Source: an uncultured delta proteobacterium (GTDB lineage: Bacteria > Desulfobacterota > Syntrophia > Syntrophales > Smithellaceae). Taken from it: a stretch of 64,000 nucleotides of DNA. Where the stretch lies: NCBI GenBank assembly GCA_963811325.1, contig CAWEQT010000002.1, positions 316,777-380,776 on the forward strand. Direction: 5' to 3'. A model generated the notes under the pieces. It was given only the letters and a program-made list of their open reading frames with translations. It had not been told where the DNA came from and did not search any database. Made by a program: the position numbers and the translations under genes. Positions 11,329-20,697 of this stretch are shown one piece after another (position 1 is the stretch's first letter; every line of letters starts with the position of its first letter).

Positions 11329-12249
11329 TTAATCCAAAAGAGCCTTTGTGAAATTATTACTGTCGAAAACGCGCAAATCATCCAACCCTTCACCGACTCC
11401 GATATATTGAACGGGCAGAGCAAGCTCACTGACAATCCGTACAACTACGCCGCCCTTGGAGGTTCCATCAAGCTTAGTCAAGACAATCCCGGTTGCTCCG
11501 ATTTCTTGTTTAAATATCTTCGCCTGAACAACGGCATTCTGGCCGGTTGTCGCGTCAAGAACTAGTAATATCTCCGGCACAACGCCCGGCAATTCCTTGT
11601 TAATAATTCTTTTTATCTTTTTGAGCTCTTCCATCAGATTTACACGAGTATGCAATCGCCCTGCCGTATCCACGATAACAACGCCGGAATAACCGGCTTT
11701 AATTTTTGCCATAGCGTCAAAGACAACTGCTGCCGGATCGGCATTCGTTTTTTGCTTAATAACCGGCGCGCCCACACGTGAACCCCATACTTCCAACTGT
11801 TCGACAGCCGCCGCCCGGAAAGTATCGGCGGCAACAAGCATAATCTCGTGACCGTTACTTTTCAGTAAATTGGCTAATTTACCGATTGTAGTTGTTTTGC
11901 CGCTGCCATTTACCCCGATTGCCACAATAATAAAGGGCTTCCCGCTGGGAATGGTCGTGGGTTTCTCCATCTTTTGTAAAATAGCAGTCATCCGCTCCTG
12001 TAAAACCTTTTTTATTTCCTGAGCGTTTTTCAGTTCATTACGGCTGACCCTCTGTTTGACATCATCAATCAAATCATAAGTAAATTGGGGCCCCATATCC
12101 GCCGAAATAAGAATCTCTTCAAGTTCGTCAAAAAGCTCTTTGTCTATGACCCTTTTACCGAAAATAAGATTATCCAGATTTTTCGTCAGGGCATTTCGCG
12201 TTTTGGTCAGCCCTGTTTTTAATTTTTCAAAAAAACTTATATTCCCCAT
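11329..12249 (-). CDS. ftsY: signal recognition particle receptor FtsY
   Basis: 306 aa with an SRP-GTPase NG domain: GVNGSGKTTTIGKLA, DTAGR, TKLDG. Confidence 0.95.
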   Translation of the reverse strand: MGNISFFEKLKTGLTKTRNALTKNLDNLIFGKRVIDKELFDELEEILISADMGPQFTYDLIDDVKQRVSRNELKNAQEIKKVLQERMTAILQKMEKPTTIPSGKPFIIVAIGVNGSGKTTTIGKLANLLKSNGHEIMLVAADTFRAAAVEQLEVWGSRVGAPVIKQKTNADPAAVVFDAMAKIKAGYSGVVIVDTAGRLHTRVNLMEELKKIKRIINKELPGVVPEILLVLDATTGQNAVVQAKIFKQEIGATGIVLTKLDGTSKGGVVVRIVSELALPVQYIGVGEGLDDLRVFDSNNFTKALLD

Positions 12250-12388
12250 AACAATACCTTTCCTGTGCGATAATTAGTTAATAACTATTTTTTGTGAATA
12301 AGTAAAGCGATGTATTGTACCATTTCTAAATCAAAGATGATATTGCGGCTAGGCGGATTATACACATGTAACCTTCAGATTATACATT

Positions 12389-12543
12389 GAAGAAACCGGC
12401 AACGACCCAATTATACACCGGGTTTCGCTGCCAACAAAATAGCGCTTTGATCGGAAGCGCATTCCCTTTAGGAAGGTGCATAATAAATAGAAACTTACAT
12501 TGCCGGGAGTTTTCGCCATGCTGGCGAAAACTCTCTTTAGAAT
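12389..12543 (+). repeat. structured intergenic repeat, copy A (strand is the arbitrary element-sense)
   Basis: The reverse complement of 12429-12506 aligns to 25200-25277 with about 10 mismatches and 1 indel over 79 nt (hand count). A perfect 11-bp hairpin lies at 12507-12533 (gagttttcgcc/atgct/ggcgaaaactc), followed by CTTTAGAAT. The element sits between the smc stop and the ftsY start. Confidence 0.8.
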
Positions 12544-12548
12544 GGGAA

Positions 12549-15500
12549 TTAATTCAAATTGACGGAAACCAGAGTTGATATTCCATGTTTTTGCATGGTC
12601 ACGCCAAAGAGCGTGTCAGCAACTTCCATTGTACTCTTGTTGTGCGTAATCATGACTACTTGAGATTTTTGGGCAACATCCTTAATTAAACGGTTAAAGA
12701 GATTGGTGTTGGCGTCATCCAAAGCGGCGTCAACTTCGTCTAAAATCAAAAACGGCGATGGACGGTATTTTAAAATGGCAAAAATAAGAGCAACAGCCAC
12801 TAGTGATTTTTCACCGCCGGAAAGTAAATTAACATTTTGCTTTCTTTTACCGGGGACCTGAATATCAATATCCACTCCTGTTTCCAGCAAATCATTTTCA
12901 TCAGTCAGCAACAATTCTCCATGGCCGCCTGGAAATATTTGCGCGAATACTTCTTTAAAACAGACGTTGACGGCTTCAAAGGTTTCGGCAAATCTGGCGC
13001 GGGAAATTTTATTAATGCGCGTAATCGTCCTTTGCAGAACATTAAGAGATGAGCTTAAATCGGATACTTGCGTTGATAAGAAGTTGTAACGCTTATCGAG
13101 TTCTTCATATTCATTAAGAGCAAGCAAATTAACTTCGCCGAAAGTGTCTATTATTTGTTTATTGTTTTCCAATAAGGTGATAAGTTCGGCAAGTTTTTCT
13201 TCTTCAATCTTTTCAAATCCCGAAACCATGCTTCCCAGATCAACATCGTGTTTTTCGGCAATTACTTTTTTCAGATTTTCGCTGTTTAAGGCCACTTCCC
13301 TGCATTGAATTTCCATTTCATTTAGCTGCTGGCGCAATTCATCAAGTTTCTTTTTTGTTTCCCTGATTTCATTTTCTCTTGTTTTCAGTTGCGCGTCTTC
13401 ACGATTTTGTCCCGCCCTCTTTTCCGCCAGAAGCGTTTCCTGCGCTGCGAAGCCCTGATAATGTTCTTTGAGCAATTCCTGCTCATTTTCGATTGTTTGA
13501 GTTAATTCCACAATCTTTTTTTCGCACAAAACAATCTCCTCGCCCTTAATGTTATTTTCACTGGCTATGTCGTTGATATCATTTTGCAGTCGTGATATTG
13601 TTCGCAAATCAGCTTCTTTTTTCTCTTCCAGAGAAGCCATCTCTATTTTCTTGCCTGTTAAATAACGTTCCTGTTCATTAATTTCCGCCCGGGACTGTTC
13701 CATCTTCTGGTTAAAGACGGAAATGACTTCATTGATTTCTTTTTCTTCTTCATCTTTATGTAAGATATCGGCGTTAAATTTTTGCGACTTTTCTTCATCT
13801 TCCGATTTTTCCGCATTAAGATTTTGCCGGTTAAATTCCAAAACAGCAATCCTCTGTTTTAACCTATTTGTCTCGGCTTCAAACCGTTCGTGATCCTTCT
13901 TTCTACCGTTAACGGCAATTTCCAATGAATGAATATCCGTCTTTATTTGACTGAGTTCTTCTTCCCATCGTAAAATAGTGGAAACAAGATTATTTTTTTG
14001 ACTTGTTTTTACATCCAGATCCGCAACCAGCGATGATACTTCCATTTCCAGTTCGCCAATTTCTCTTTTTGTCGCCAGAAGGCTTTTCTCTACCACCGAA
14101 CCACTGCCGCCGGTCAATACACCTTGCGGACTGATGATATCTCCCTCCGGTGTGACAAAAGTGCCCCTAAAACCATTTTTCTTCCAGAGAGAAATTCCAT
14201 TTTCAATTGTTGGTATCAGCAAAACGTCGCCCAACAGGCAATCAACAATTTGTTTAAAATCTTCATGGACTTTAACTTTCTGCAGTAGGGATTGGGCTTC
14301 CTGGAGGTGTTCGTCGCCGTAAGTTTTCGCGTCATGATTTCTCAAATCTACCGAGACAAAACTGCCCCTGCCCAACTGATAGTTTTTTAAATAATCAATC
14401 GCGCGCACGCCGTCTTCCTGACTTTTAACCACCACATACTGTAATTTTTCTCCCAAAACCGCTTCCACGGCTTCTTCATATTCGCGGGGCACACTTATAT
14501 GATCGGCTATGACTCCGTAAAATTTATCGCTGTGTTCCTTATTTTCGATTATTTTTTTGATGCCTTCATTGCACCATTTATACGATTCCCGAAACTCTTT
14601 CAGGGAAATTAACCGGGACGACTTGACGCTGTTTTCTTCCTTGATTTTAGCGATATCTTCTTCGTTTAACTGCAAATCTGATTTGGATCGCTCAAGTTCG
14701 GACGAAGCTTCCCCTTTTTTTTCTTCCAGTTTAATGATTTGGGCTTCATCCTTCTTTAATTCTTCATTTACCGACTCCAGTTTGTTTACCAGACCAGCAA
14801 ACATCTTTTTATCTTCGTCAAGTTCGCGTGTTTCTCTTTCCTCGCGTTTTATTAAATCCTCAATATTTTTGCTCAGGCTGGAAACCATGTTTTTAAGCTT
14901 GGCTTTTTCCGTCACGATATCAATAAATAAAATCTTCTTTTTTTCCAGTTGATTACTTACTTCTTTATTGGCATTGATAAGCTCTTGAACTTTCTGCTGA
15001 CCTTCTTCATGCTCTGTTTTAAGAACGGCAATTTTATTTTTAGCTTCAGCCGCGCTTTTTTGTAGATTTTCAATTTCGTCCATTAAATCTATTTTCTTCG
15101 TCTGCAGCAACTGAATTTCCGCCAAATCTCTTTGCTTGCGTTCGGAAGTATCAGTGATTTGGCGGCGGGCAAATTCGATGCTTTTCTCTTTAATGCTTAT
15201 AGTGTTTTTAATCTCGTAGAGTTCATGCTGGCTTTTAGCTATTAACTCTTCATTTTCCAGGAGCTTTACTTTAAGTTCATCTATTGCCGATTCTTTAGCT
15301 TCGATACTCGCGTGTATGACTGCATCCTGATTTTGCAGATCTGTGCGCTCGGCCTGCAGCGAAGATTCCCTTTCGGCAAGTTCAACATAGCTTTGCATGG
15401 CAATCGTCAATTCCGTTTCTCTGCTTTGTTGTTTTATATTTTTATACTGTTCCGCTCTCTTGGCCTGCCTGGAGATAGCATTGAGTTGGGATTTCACTTC

Positions 15501-16097
15501 CTTAAGAATGTCGTTGAGCCGAACCATGTTTTGCTTTGTCGCTTCCATTTTCCGGACAGCAGCATCCTTCCGGCTTTTGTATTTGGATACACCGGCGGCA
15601 TCTTCTATAAACAATCTTCTATCTTCTGGTTTGGCTTCGACAAGATTGGACACATGTCCCTGTTCGACCAGAGAATAAGTTCTGGCGCCGACACCGGTGC
15701 TCATGAAGAATTCTTTAATATCAAGAAGACGGCAGGGAGCCCTGTTGATATAGTATTCGCTCTCGCCATCAAGAACAACCTTACGGGAAATGGATATTTC
15801 ATTCAAATCGGAATAAGCGCCGGGGAAACTGTTTCCATTGGCAATCAGAGTCATCGTGATTTCCGCCATACTTACCGGCGCGGAATCCTGACTGCCGTTG
15901 AAAACAACATCATCCATCTTTTTACCGCGCAGAGCCTTGACCCTTTGTTCGCCCATTACCCACCTGATAGCGTCAACGATATTGGACTTTCCACAACCGT
16001 TGGGGCCAACAATTCCTGTTGTGCCGTTGGAAAAATCAAGGACAACCCTGTCGCGAAACGACTTAAAACCAGATATTTCTAATCTTTTTAAATTCAT
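12549..16097 (-). CDS. smc: chromosome segregation protein SMC
   Basis: 1182 aa. It has Walker A GPNGCGKSN, long coiled coils, a hinge, and a C-terminal LSGGEKS followed by LILDEVDAALD. Confidence 0.95.
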   Translation of the reverse strand: MNLKRLEISGFKSFRDRVVLDFSNGTTGIVGPNGCGKSNIVDAIRWVMGEQRVKALRGKKMDDVVFNGSQDSAPVSMAEITMTLIANGNSFPGAYSDLNEISISRKVVLDGESEYYINRAPCRLLDIKEFFMSTGVGARTYSLVEQGHVSNLVEAKPEDRRLFIEDAAGVSKYKSRKDAAVRKMEATKQNMVRLNDILKEVKSQLNAISRQAKRAEQYKNIKQQSRETELTIAMQSYVELAERESSLQAERTDLQNQDAVIHASIEAKESAIDELKVKLLENEELIAKSQHELYEIKNTISIKEKSIEFARRQITDTSERKQRDLAEIQLLQTKKIDLMDEIENLQKSAAEAKNKIAVLKTEHEEGQQKVQELINANKEVSNQLEKKKILFIDIVTEKAKLKNMVSSLSKNIEDLIKREERETRELDEDKKMFAGLVNKLESVNEELKKDEAQIIKLEEKKGEASSELERSKSDLQLNEEDIAKIKEENSVKSSRLISLKEFRESYKWCNEGIKKIIENKEHSDKFYGVIADHISVPREYEEAVEAVLGEKLQYVVVKSQEDGVRAIDYLKNYQLGRGSFVSVDLRNHDAKTYGDEHLQEAQSLLQKVKVHEDFKQIVDCLLGDVLLIPTIENGISLWKKNGFRGTFVTPEGDIISPQGVLTGGSGSVVEKSLLATKREIGELEMEVSSLVADLDVKTSQKNNLVSTILRWEEELSQIKTDIHSLEIAVNGRKKDHERFEAETNRLKQRIAVLEFNRQNLNAEKSEDEEKSQKFNADILHKDEEEKEINEVISVFNQKMEQSRAEINEQERYLTGKKIEMASLEEKKEADLRTISRLQNDINDIASENNIKGEEIVLCEKKIVELTQTIENEQELLKEHYQGFAAQETLLAEKRAGQNREDAQLKTRENEIRETKKKLDELRQQLNEMEIQCREVALNSENLKKVIAEKHDVDLGSMVSGFEKIEEEKLAELITLLENNKQIIDTFGEVNLLALNEYEELDKRYNFLSTQVSDLSSSLNVLQRTITRINKISRARFAETFEAVNVCFKEVFAQIFPGGHGELLLTDENDLLETGVDIDIQVPGKRKQNVNLLSGGEKSLVAVALIFAILKYRPSPFLILDEVDAALDDANTNLFNRLIKDVAQKSQVVMITHNKSTMEVADTLFGVTMQKHGISTLVSVNLN

Positions 16098-16304
16098 AAA
16101 GACATCTTTTTAATACTTGTAAAAATTTATGAAATCGTAACAAAAGATTTACCCTTTGTAAAGAAAAAAACACAATAAAATGTGGTGCATTTATAATCAT
16201 ACCACAATATGTAGTGATTTGATCTTTTTAAACTTTTTGACCAACCTTCTTTCTTACAAGATAATGTATAGTCAAAAATTTACACCAAAGACAAGTTCCG
16301 TAAT

Positions 16305-16332
16305 ATAAAAGGCAGGGTGTAATAACCCTGCC
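16305..16332 (-). terminator. intrinsic terminator downstream of the CBS gene
   Basis: The stem GGCAGGG/CCCTGCC (16311-16332) is followed on the minus strand by TTTTAT. It lies about 40 nt past the stop at 16371. Confidence 0.6.
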
Positions 16333-16370
16333 CTGAAAAATCATGATGTAACACTATGATATCCTGAAAA

Positions 16371-16820
16371 TTAATACCTTCCCGCAATATAATTGCTCAG
16401 GTGATCAATCAGTATATCTTTCTCGGAAATAGTTGATTTTACAACATCTCCTATAGAAATGAGCCCAACAAATTTGGCGCCGTCAAAAACGGGCACGTGT
16501 CTAATATGTTTAGCCGTCATCAGCACCATACAATCCTCTATAGGAGTATCAGGATTTACCGTAAACATTTTACTGGAAGGCGTCATAATTTCTTTAACAA
16601 GAGTTTTCGGAGAAGTTTTTCCTTTCAGGACAATTTTTCTCGCGTAATCGCGTTCCGTCATAATGCCAGCAACCTTGCCCTTTTTATCAACGACCATTAA
16701 TGCCCCGATTTCTTTTTCCGCCATGAGCTTCAGAGCATCAAATACCGAAGCGTCCGGCAGAATTGCCCATAACTCTTTCGTCTTGCTTTTTAAAAGATCG
16801 CTAGTTCTCTGCATAACCAA
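16371..16820 (-). CDS. CBS-domain pair protein
   Basis: 149 aa made of two CBS repeats (IMTERDYARKIV..., VGLISIGDVVK). Confidence 0.85.
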   Translation of the reverse strand: MVMQRTSDLLKSKTKELWAILPDASVFDALKLMAEKEIGALMVVDKKGKVAGIMTERDYARKIVLKGKTSPKTLVKEIMTPSSKMFTVNPDTPIEDCMVLMTAKHIRHVPVFDGAKFVGLISIGDVVKSTISEKDILIDHLSNYIAGRY

Positions 16821-16883
16821 ACACCTCCTGTTTAATCTATGTTTTGAGTCATATTAAAAGAAAAATCAGAAGATGGCAAGCAT

Positions 16884-17156
16884 TTATATAAGAACCTGTC
16901 CCATGTTCGATTCATATTCTTCATTAGACGCATTCTTTGAAATGAATACCTTTTCAAGCGTAATGCCCATCGAGGCAGCTTGTCGCTCAAGCAGAATCCG
17001 CCGAACGCCGTGCATGCTGATCCGGTCATAGTCTTCGGTTACAGTGGTGAGCAAAGCGAAAATTTTGTATTTTTTATTTTTGATAACTTGATACAGGGTG
17101 ATAGCATTATCCTTTCCACCACTCCACGAAAGGAGTACACCTTCCATTATTGTCAA
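16884..17156 (-). pseudogene. truncated Dph6-like / MJ0570-family ATP pyrophosphatase (N-terminal ~90 codons only)
   Basis: The ORF has the PP-loop N-terminus VLLSWSGGKDNAITLY and HGV..LLERQAASMGI. It stops after 90 aa, whereas family members are about 220 aa. Only about 60 nt remain before the next gene. Confidence 0.6.
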
Positions 17157-17270
17157 CCCTTCTTTCTAATAGTGGTTCGTGTCTTTGCTGAAAAACGGAT
17201 AGAACACTAAGCGGCCAAACAATTAACACTCGAACTTCGTAAGACATGGAACATATGCCCCTAAAAAATC

Positions 17271-19199
17271 CTATATTTCTTCTCCTGCCTTATGACCTTC
17301 GTGGATGGCCTCCAGAATACGGCGAGGACTTTTGGCGTCACCGGCTATTCGATAAGGAATGACCAGTTCCTTGAGCACATCTTCCAGAGCATTCTCCGAT
17401 TTGACGCCCATGGCGGTTATGATCATGGCCGCGTTCTCCACCTTTTCAGTATCCATTTGTCGATAGCGCACAGCGCCATCTTCAACACTTAACACCTTGG
17501 CGCCAAAGAGCAACCTGCCGCCGGCATCCTTGATGCGCTTGTGCAGCCAGTATCCATGTGCGGTGAGCTTGCCCACAGGCGGAAAAGCCTGCATTTCAAG
17601 AACCGTGACCATAATTCCCTTGTCCAGCAGATAATCAGCGGTTTCCATACCGACATACCCTGCACCCAGAATTACGGTTGGTCCTTGAGGCTCGACCTTG
17701 CCTGTAAGCACATCACGAGCATCCGCCACTATTTTGGAGTCAAGACCAGGAATTGGAAACACGACAGGATAGGCGCCGCAGGCCAGGATCACGGCATCAG
17801 GCCGTTGGTGCTGTATTTCACCGGCACTCACTGTTTGACTGCTGTGAATCTCAATGGAAGCTTTCTTCAGGCGCCGCAGCGCCCATGTGACCCAGTCCAT
17901 GAAGGCCGCCTTGTGCGGTGGCCGGCTGGCTGATAACAACTGCCCTCCGGGTTGCGATTCTCTATCAAAGACTTCCACCTTATGCCCCCGGGTGGCCGCT
18001 GCCATGGCGGCAGACAGACCGGCAGGCCCGGCGCCGATAACCCACACGCGCTTGGCCGGATCGGCCTTAGGTGCTGGCCCTTTGTATTCACGGCCGCACT
18101 CGGGATTAAAACTGCAGGTAGCGGACTTCATCTCGAAACTCAGGCGTTCGATGCAACCCTGATTGCAGGCTGTGCACCAGCATATATCGTCAATAGCTCC
18201 GTCGCGGGCTTTGTTGATGAAATCCGGATCGGTTAAATGTTGTCGCCCGAAACTTATCAGGTCGGCATCGCCCCTGCCAATGGCCTGATCGGCCAGATCA
18301 GGGTTATTTATACGTCCCACACCTATAACTGGCACATCCACAACCGATTTCAGCGCCCGGGCACGGAACAGGTTGAACCCGGGATCGGTATCCATGGAAG
18401 CAATGGACAGGTTGCCGGGGGTGGAATAGACCCCAACTGAACAGTGAATGGCGTCAATTCCGGCCGCAACCAGCCTAGGAGCGAACTTCTGCATAAAGGT
18501 CAGGTCATATCCCCCGCGCACCAGTTCATCGGCCGATACGCGAATCCAGACAGGGAAATCACGTCCCACAATCTTGCGCACGGCTGCAATAATTTCCAGA
18601 ATGAAACGCATGCGATTTTCATCAGTCCCGCCATATTGATCATCACGCTGATTGGAAAAAGGAGAAAGAAACTGATTCAACAAGTATCCATGCGCGCCGT
18701 GAAGCTCCACGGCATCGAAGCCCGCCTGACGCGCACGCGCGGCTGCCCGGGCAAAGGCATGGATCACTTCGGCAATACGTTCCTCAGACATAGCCTCGCA
18801 GGGCTGACCCAGAATAACACTGGGTATGGCCGAAGGCGCCTCGGGCATGGCGCCGGCCGCATTTTCAAAGGTTTCGCGTCCGGCATGATGCAGTTGCAGC
18901 GCCGCCTTGGCCCCATAGCGATGCAAAGCCTCTGGAATACGCGCCAGCCCTGGAATAAATTCATCATTCCAGACGCCGATCTCATTGGGGAAACCCTTGC
19001 CGCGCGGAGCGACCGCGCATACCTCGGTAATGATCAGACCGGTGCCGCCTTCTGCCCGTCGGTCAAGATATCGCACCAAACGGTCACTGACTGTGCTGTC
19101 GGCATTGCCATACCCCGTGCCCATGGGCGGCATTACAGCCCGGTTTTTTAAGGTCATCCCGTTAATGGTAACAGGTGAAAAAAGATGTGGGAATTGCAT
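17271..19199 (-). CDS. OYE-like NADH:flavin oxidoreductase fused to an FAD/NAD(P) domain (2,4-dienoyl-CoA reductase FadH-like)
   Basis: 642 aa. It has an N-terminal TIM-barrel OYE domain, an Fe-S motif CWCTACNQGC, and a Rossmann fold VWVIGAGPAGLSAAMAAATRGHKVEVFDRESQPGGQ. It is markedly GC-rich compared with its flanks. Confidence 0.85.
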   Translation of the reverse strand: MQFPHLFSPVTINGMTLKNRAVMPPMGTGYGNADSTVSDRLVRYLDRRAEGGTGLIITEVCAVAPRGKGFPNEIGVWNDEFIPGLARIPEALHRYGAKAALQLHHAGRETFENAAGAMPEAPSAIPSVILGQPCEAMSEERIAEVIHAFARAAARARQAGFDAVELHGAHGYLLNQFLSPFSNQRDDQYGGTDENRMRFILEIIAAVRKIVGRDFPVWIRVSADELVRGGYDLTFMQKFAPRLVAAGIDAIHCSVGVYSTPGNLSIASMDTDPGFNLFRARALKSVVDVPVIGVGRINNPDLADQAIGRGDADLISFGRQHLTDPDFINKARDGAIDDICWCTACNQGCIERLSFEMKSATCSFNPECGREYKGPAPKADPAKRVWVIGAGPAGLSAAMAAATRGHKVEVFDRESQPGGQLLSASRPPHKAAFMDWVTWALRRLKKASIEIHSSQTVSAGEIQHQRPDAVILACGAYPVVFPIPGLDSKIVADARDVLTGKVEPQGPTVILGAGYVGMETADYLLDKGIMVTVLEMQAFPPVGKLTAHGYWLHKRIKDAGGRLLFGAKVLSVEDGAVRYRQMDTEKVENAAMIITAMGVKSENALEDVLKELVIPYRIAGDAKSPRRILEAIHEGHKAGEEI

Positions 19200-19445
19200 T
19201 TATGCCTCCTTTATAATCACATTTGATAAGTCATTGAGGGCTATTAAATAAGTATAAGAAGAACAGTTTTGTCTGTCAATTAAATATAGATAACCCTATT
19301 CAAGTGTTTAGTTATCGATGATCCCTGTTCTGCCATATTACACAAGTCCACAATCTAATGGAATAAATTAAATCAAAGATTACTATTTGAAAGGTGCAAT
19401 GTGCCGATCAACGGACGGCTTACAGCCGCCGTATGATCGATCGTA

Positions 19446-20462
19446 TTATATAAAGTTCTTATAATCTGCCCAGTTATCCTCTAGAAGTTTTGGTGTATTT
19501 AGGCCATAAGGGCAATGATCCTTACAATGGTTGCAATGAGTACAATCATCGATCTTCTTCATCTTTTCCTTCCAATTATCATTCAGATATACGGAAACAG
19601 GTGCACGACGAATCATAAGTGACATTCTAGCTGCTGTAGGAATATCAATTTCCGCAGGGCAGGGCAGACAATAACCGCAACCTCGGCAGAAATCTTTGCT
19701 GAGCTCGTCACGGTCTTTTTTGATAACCGCCTCAAGCTTCTTTGTTAGCACTGGCGGATCATCAATATAGCAAATGAATTCGTCTAATTCCTTATCTTTT
19801 TGTATACCCCAAATTGGTAATACATTATCATATTGCGATAGATAGGCATAGGCTGCTGCTGAGTTGGTGATAAGCCCGCCGGATAAGGATTTCATAGCAA
19901 TGAATCCAATCCCTTTTTCTTTACATAGATTAACCAAGGCAACTTCCTTCTTAGTAGCCAAATAGCTGAAAGGAAATTGAATTGTCTCATACAATCCGGA
20001 CTTGGCAGCTTTCCGCGCAATGGGAAGACGGTGATTCGTGATACCAATATGTCTTACCATCCCTTTTTCTTTTGCTTCACGCATCGCCTCATATAAACCT
20101 GTACCATCACCAGGTTTTGGACAAACGCTCGGATTGTGGAACTGGTAGATATCTAGATGATCCGTCTTCAGTAATCGAAGTGATGTATTTAACTGATCCC
20201 AGAACTCTTCCACTTTCGTGCACATCGTCTTTGAAGCAATATAGATATTCTTTCGTACTTCACTCAGGGCATAACCTATTTTTTCTTCACTATCGGTATA
20301 AAACCTAGCCGTATCAAAAAATGTAATACCGCTTTGATATGCTTTCTTTAATAATCCTGCTGCATCTTCCTTACTGATTCTTTGAATCGGAAGTGCACCA
20401 AAACCATTTTTATTCACGACCACTCCTGTTTTACCCAATTTTACTTGATCCATAGTAATCAT
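19446..20462 (-). CDS. aldo/keto reductase with C-terminal 4Fe-4S dicluster domain
   Basis: 338 aa. The AKR core is followed by CRGCGYCLPCP and CTHCNHCKDHCP. Confidence 0.8.
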   Translation of the reverse strand: MITMDQVKLGKTGVVVNKNGFGALPIQRISKEDAAGLLKKAYQSGITFFDTARFYTDSEEKIGYALSEVRKNIYIASKTMCTKVEEFWDQLNTSLRLLKTDHLDIYQFHNPSVCPKPGDGTGLYEAMREAKEKGMVRHIGITNHRLPIARKAAKSGLYETIQFPFSYLATKKEVALVNLCKEKGIGFIAMKSLSGGLITNSAAAYAYLSQYDNVLPIWGIQKDKELDEFICYIDDPPVLTKKLEAVIKKDRDELSKDFCRGCGYCLPCPAEIDIPTAARMSLMIRRAPVSVYLNDNWKEKMKKIDDCTHCNHCKDHCPYGLNTPKLLEDNWADYKNFI

Positions 20463-20697
20463 TCCTCCTACTCAAAGGAAACATACTTTTCTTGTTGCAT
20501 CTATAGCCATAGATTATTTAATCAAAATGTTTGAGAATATTGGTGATAAACATTCTTCTAATTCACTCCACAGAACCTCAAGTTATATTATTATAGCATT
20601 ATTCGTGTCTGCTTTAAATGTCTTTGGTACGATTTTTGAGAATTACAGGTTGTAACCGATTATAAAACGTCAAAATAGAAAATTGAGGAAAAAATCC

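Noticed and set aside
12471-12500. The repeat core GGTGCATAATAAATAG resembles the XerC arm of a dif site (GGTGCGCATAA).
   Set aside because: Four copies exist. No XerD-arm-like TTATGTTAAAT follows after a 6-nt spacer. dif should be unique.
12387-12578. 63-aa ORF reading through repeat copy A, raising the possibility of a repeat-encoded peptide.
   Set aside because: The equivalent frames in copies B, C and D stop at different positions. The A/B peptide similarity is fully explained by about 86% nucleotide identity.
15312-16082. 256-aa plus-strand ORF, with several others, inside smc.
   Set aside because: It is antisense to a 1182-aa SMC gene with intact Walker A, signature and Walker B motifs. 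The translations are low-complexity.
17292-19251. Many ORFs of at least 60 aa in all frames over 17.3-19.2 kb (for example 18444-19151, 235 aa).
   Set aside because: They are an artefact of the high GC content, which makes stop codons rare. Only the 642-aa minus-strand frame has flavoenzyme motifs.
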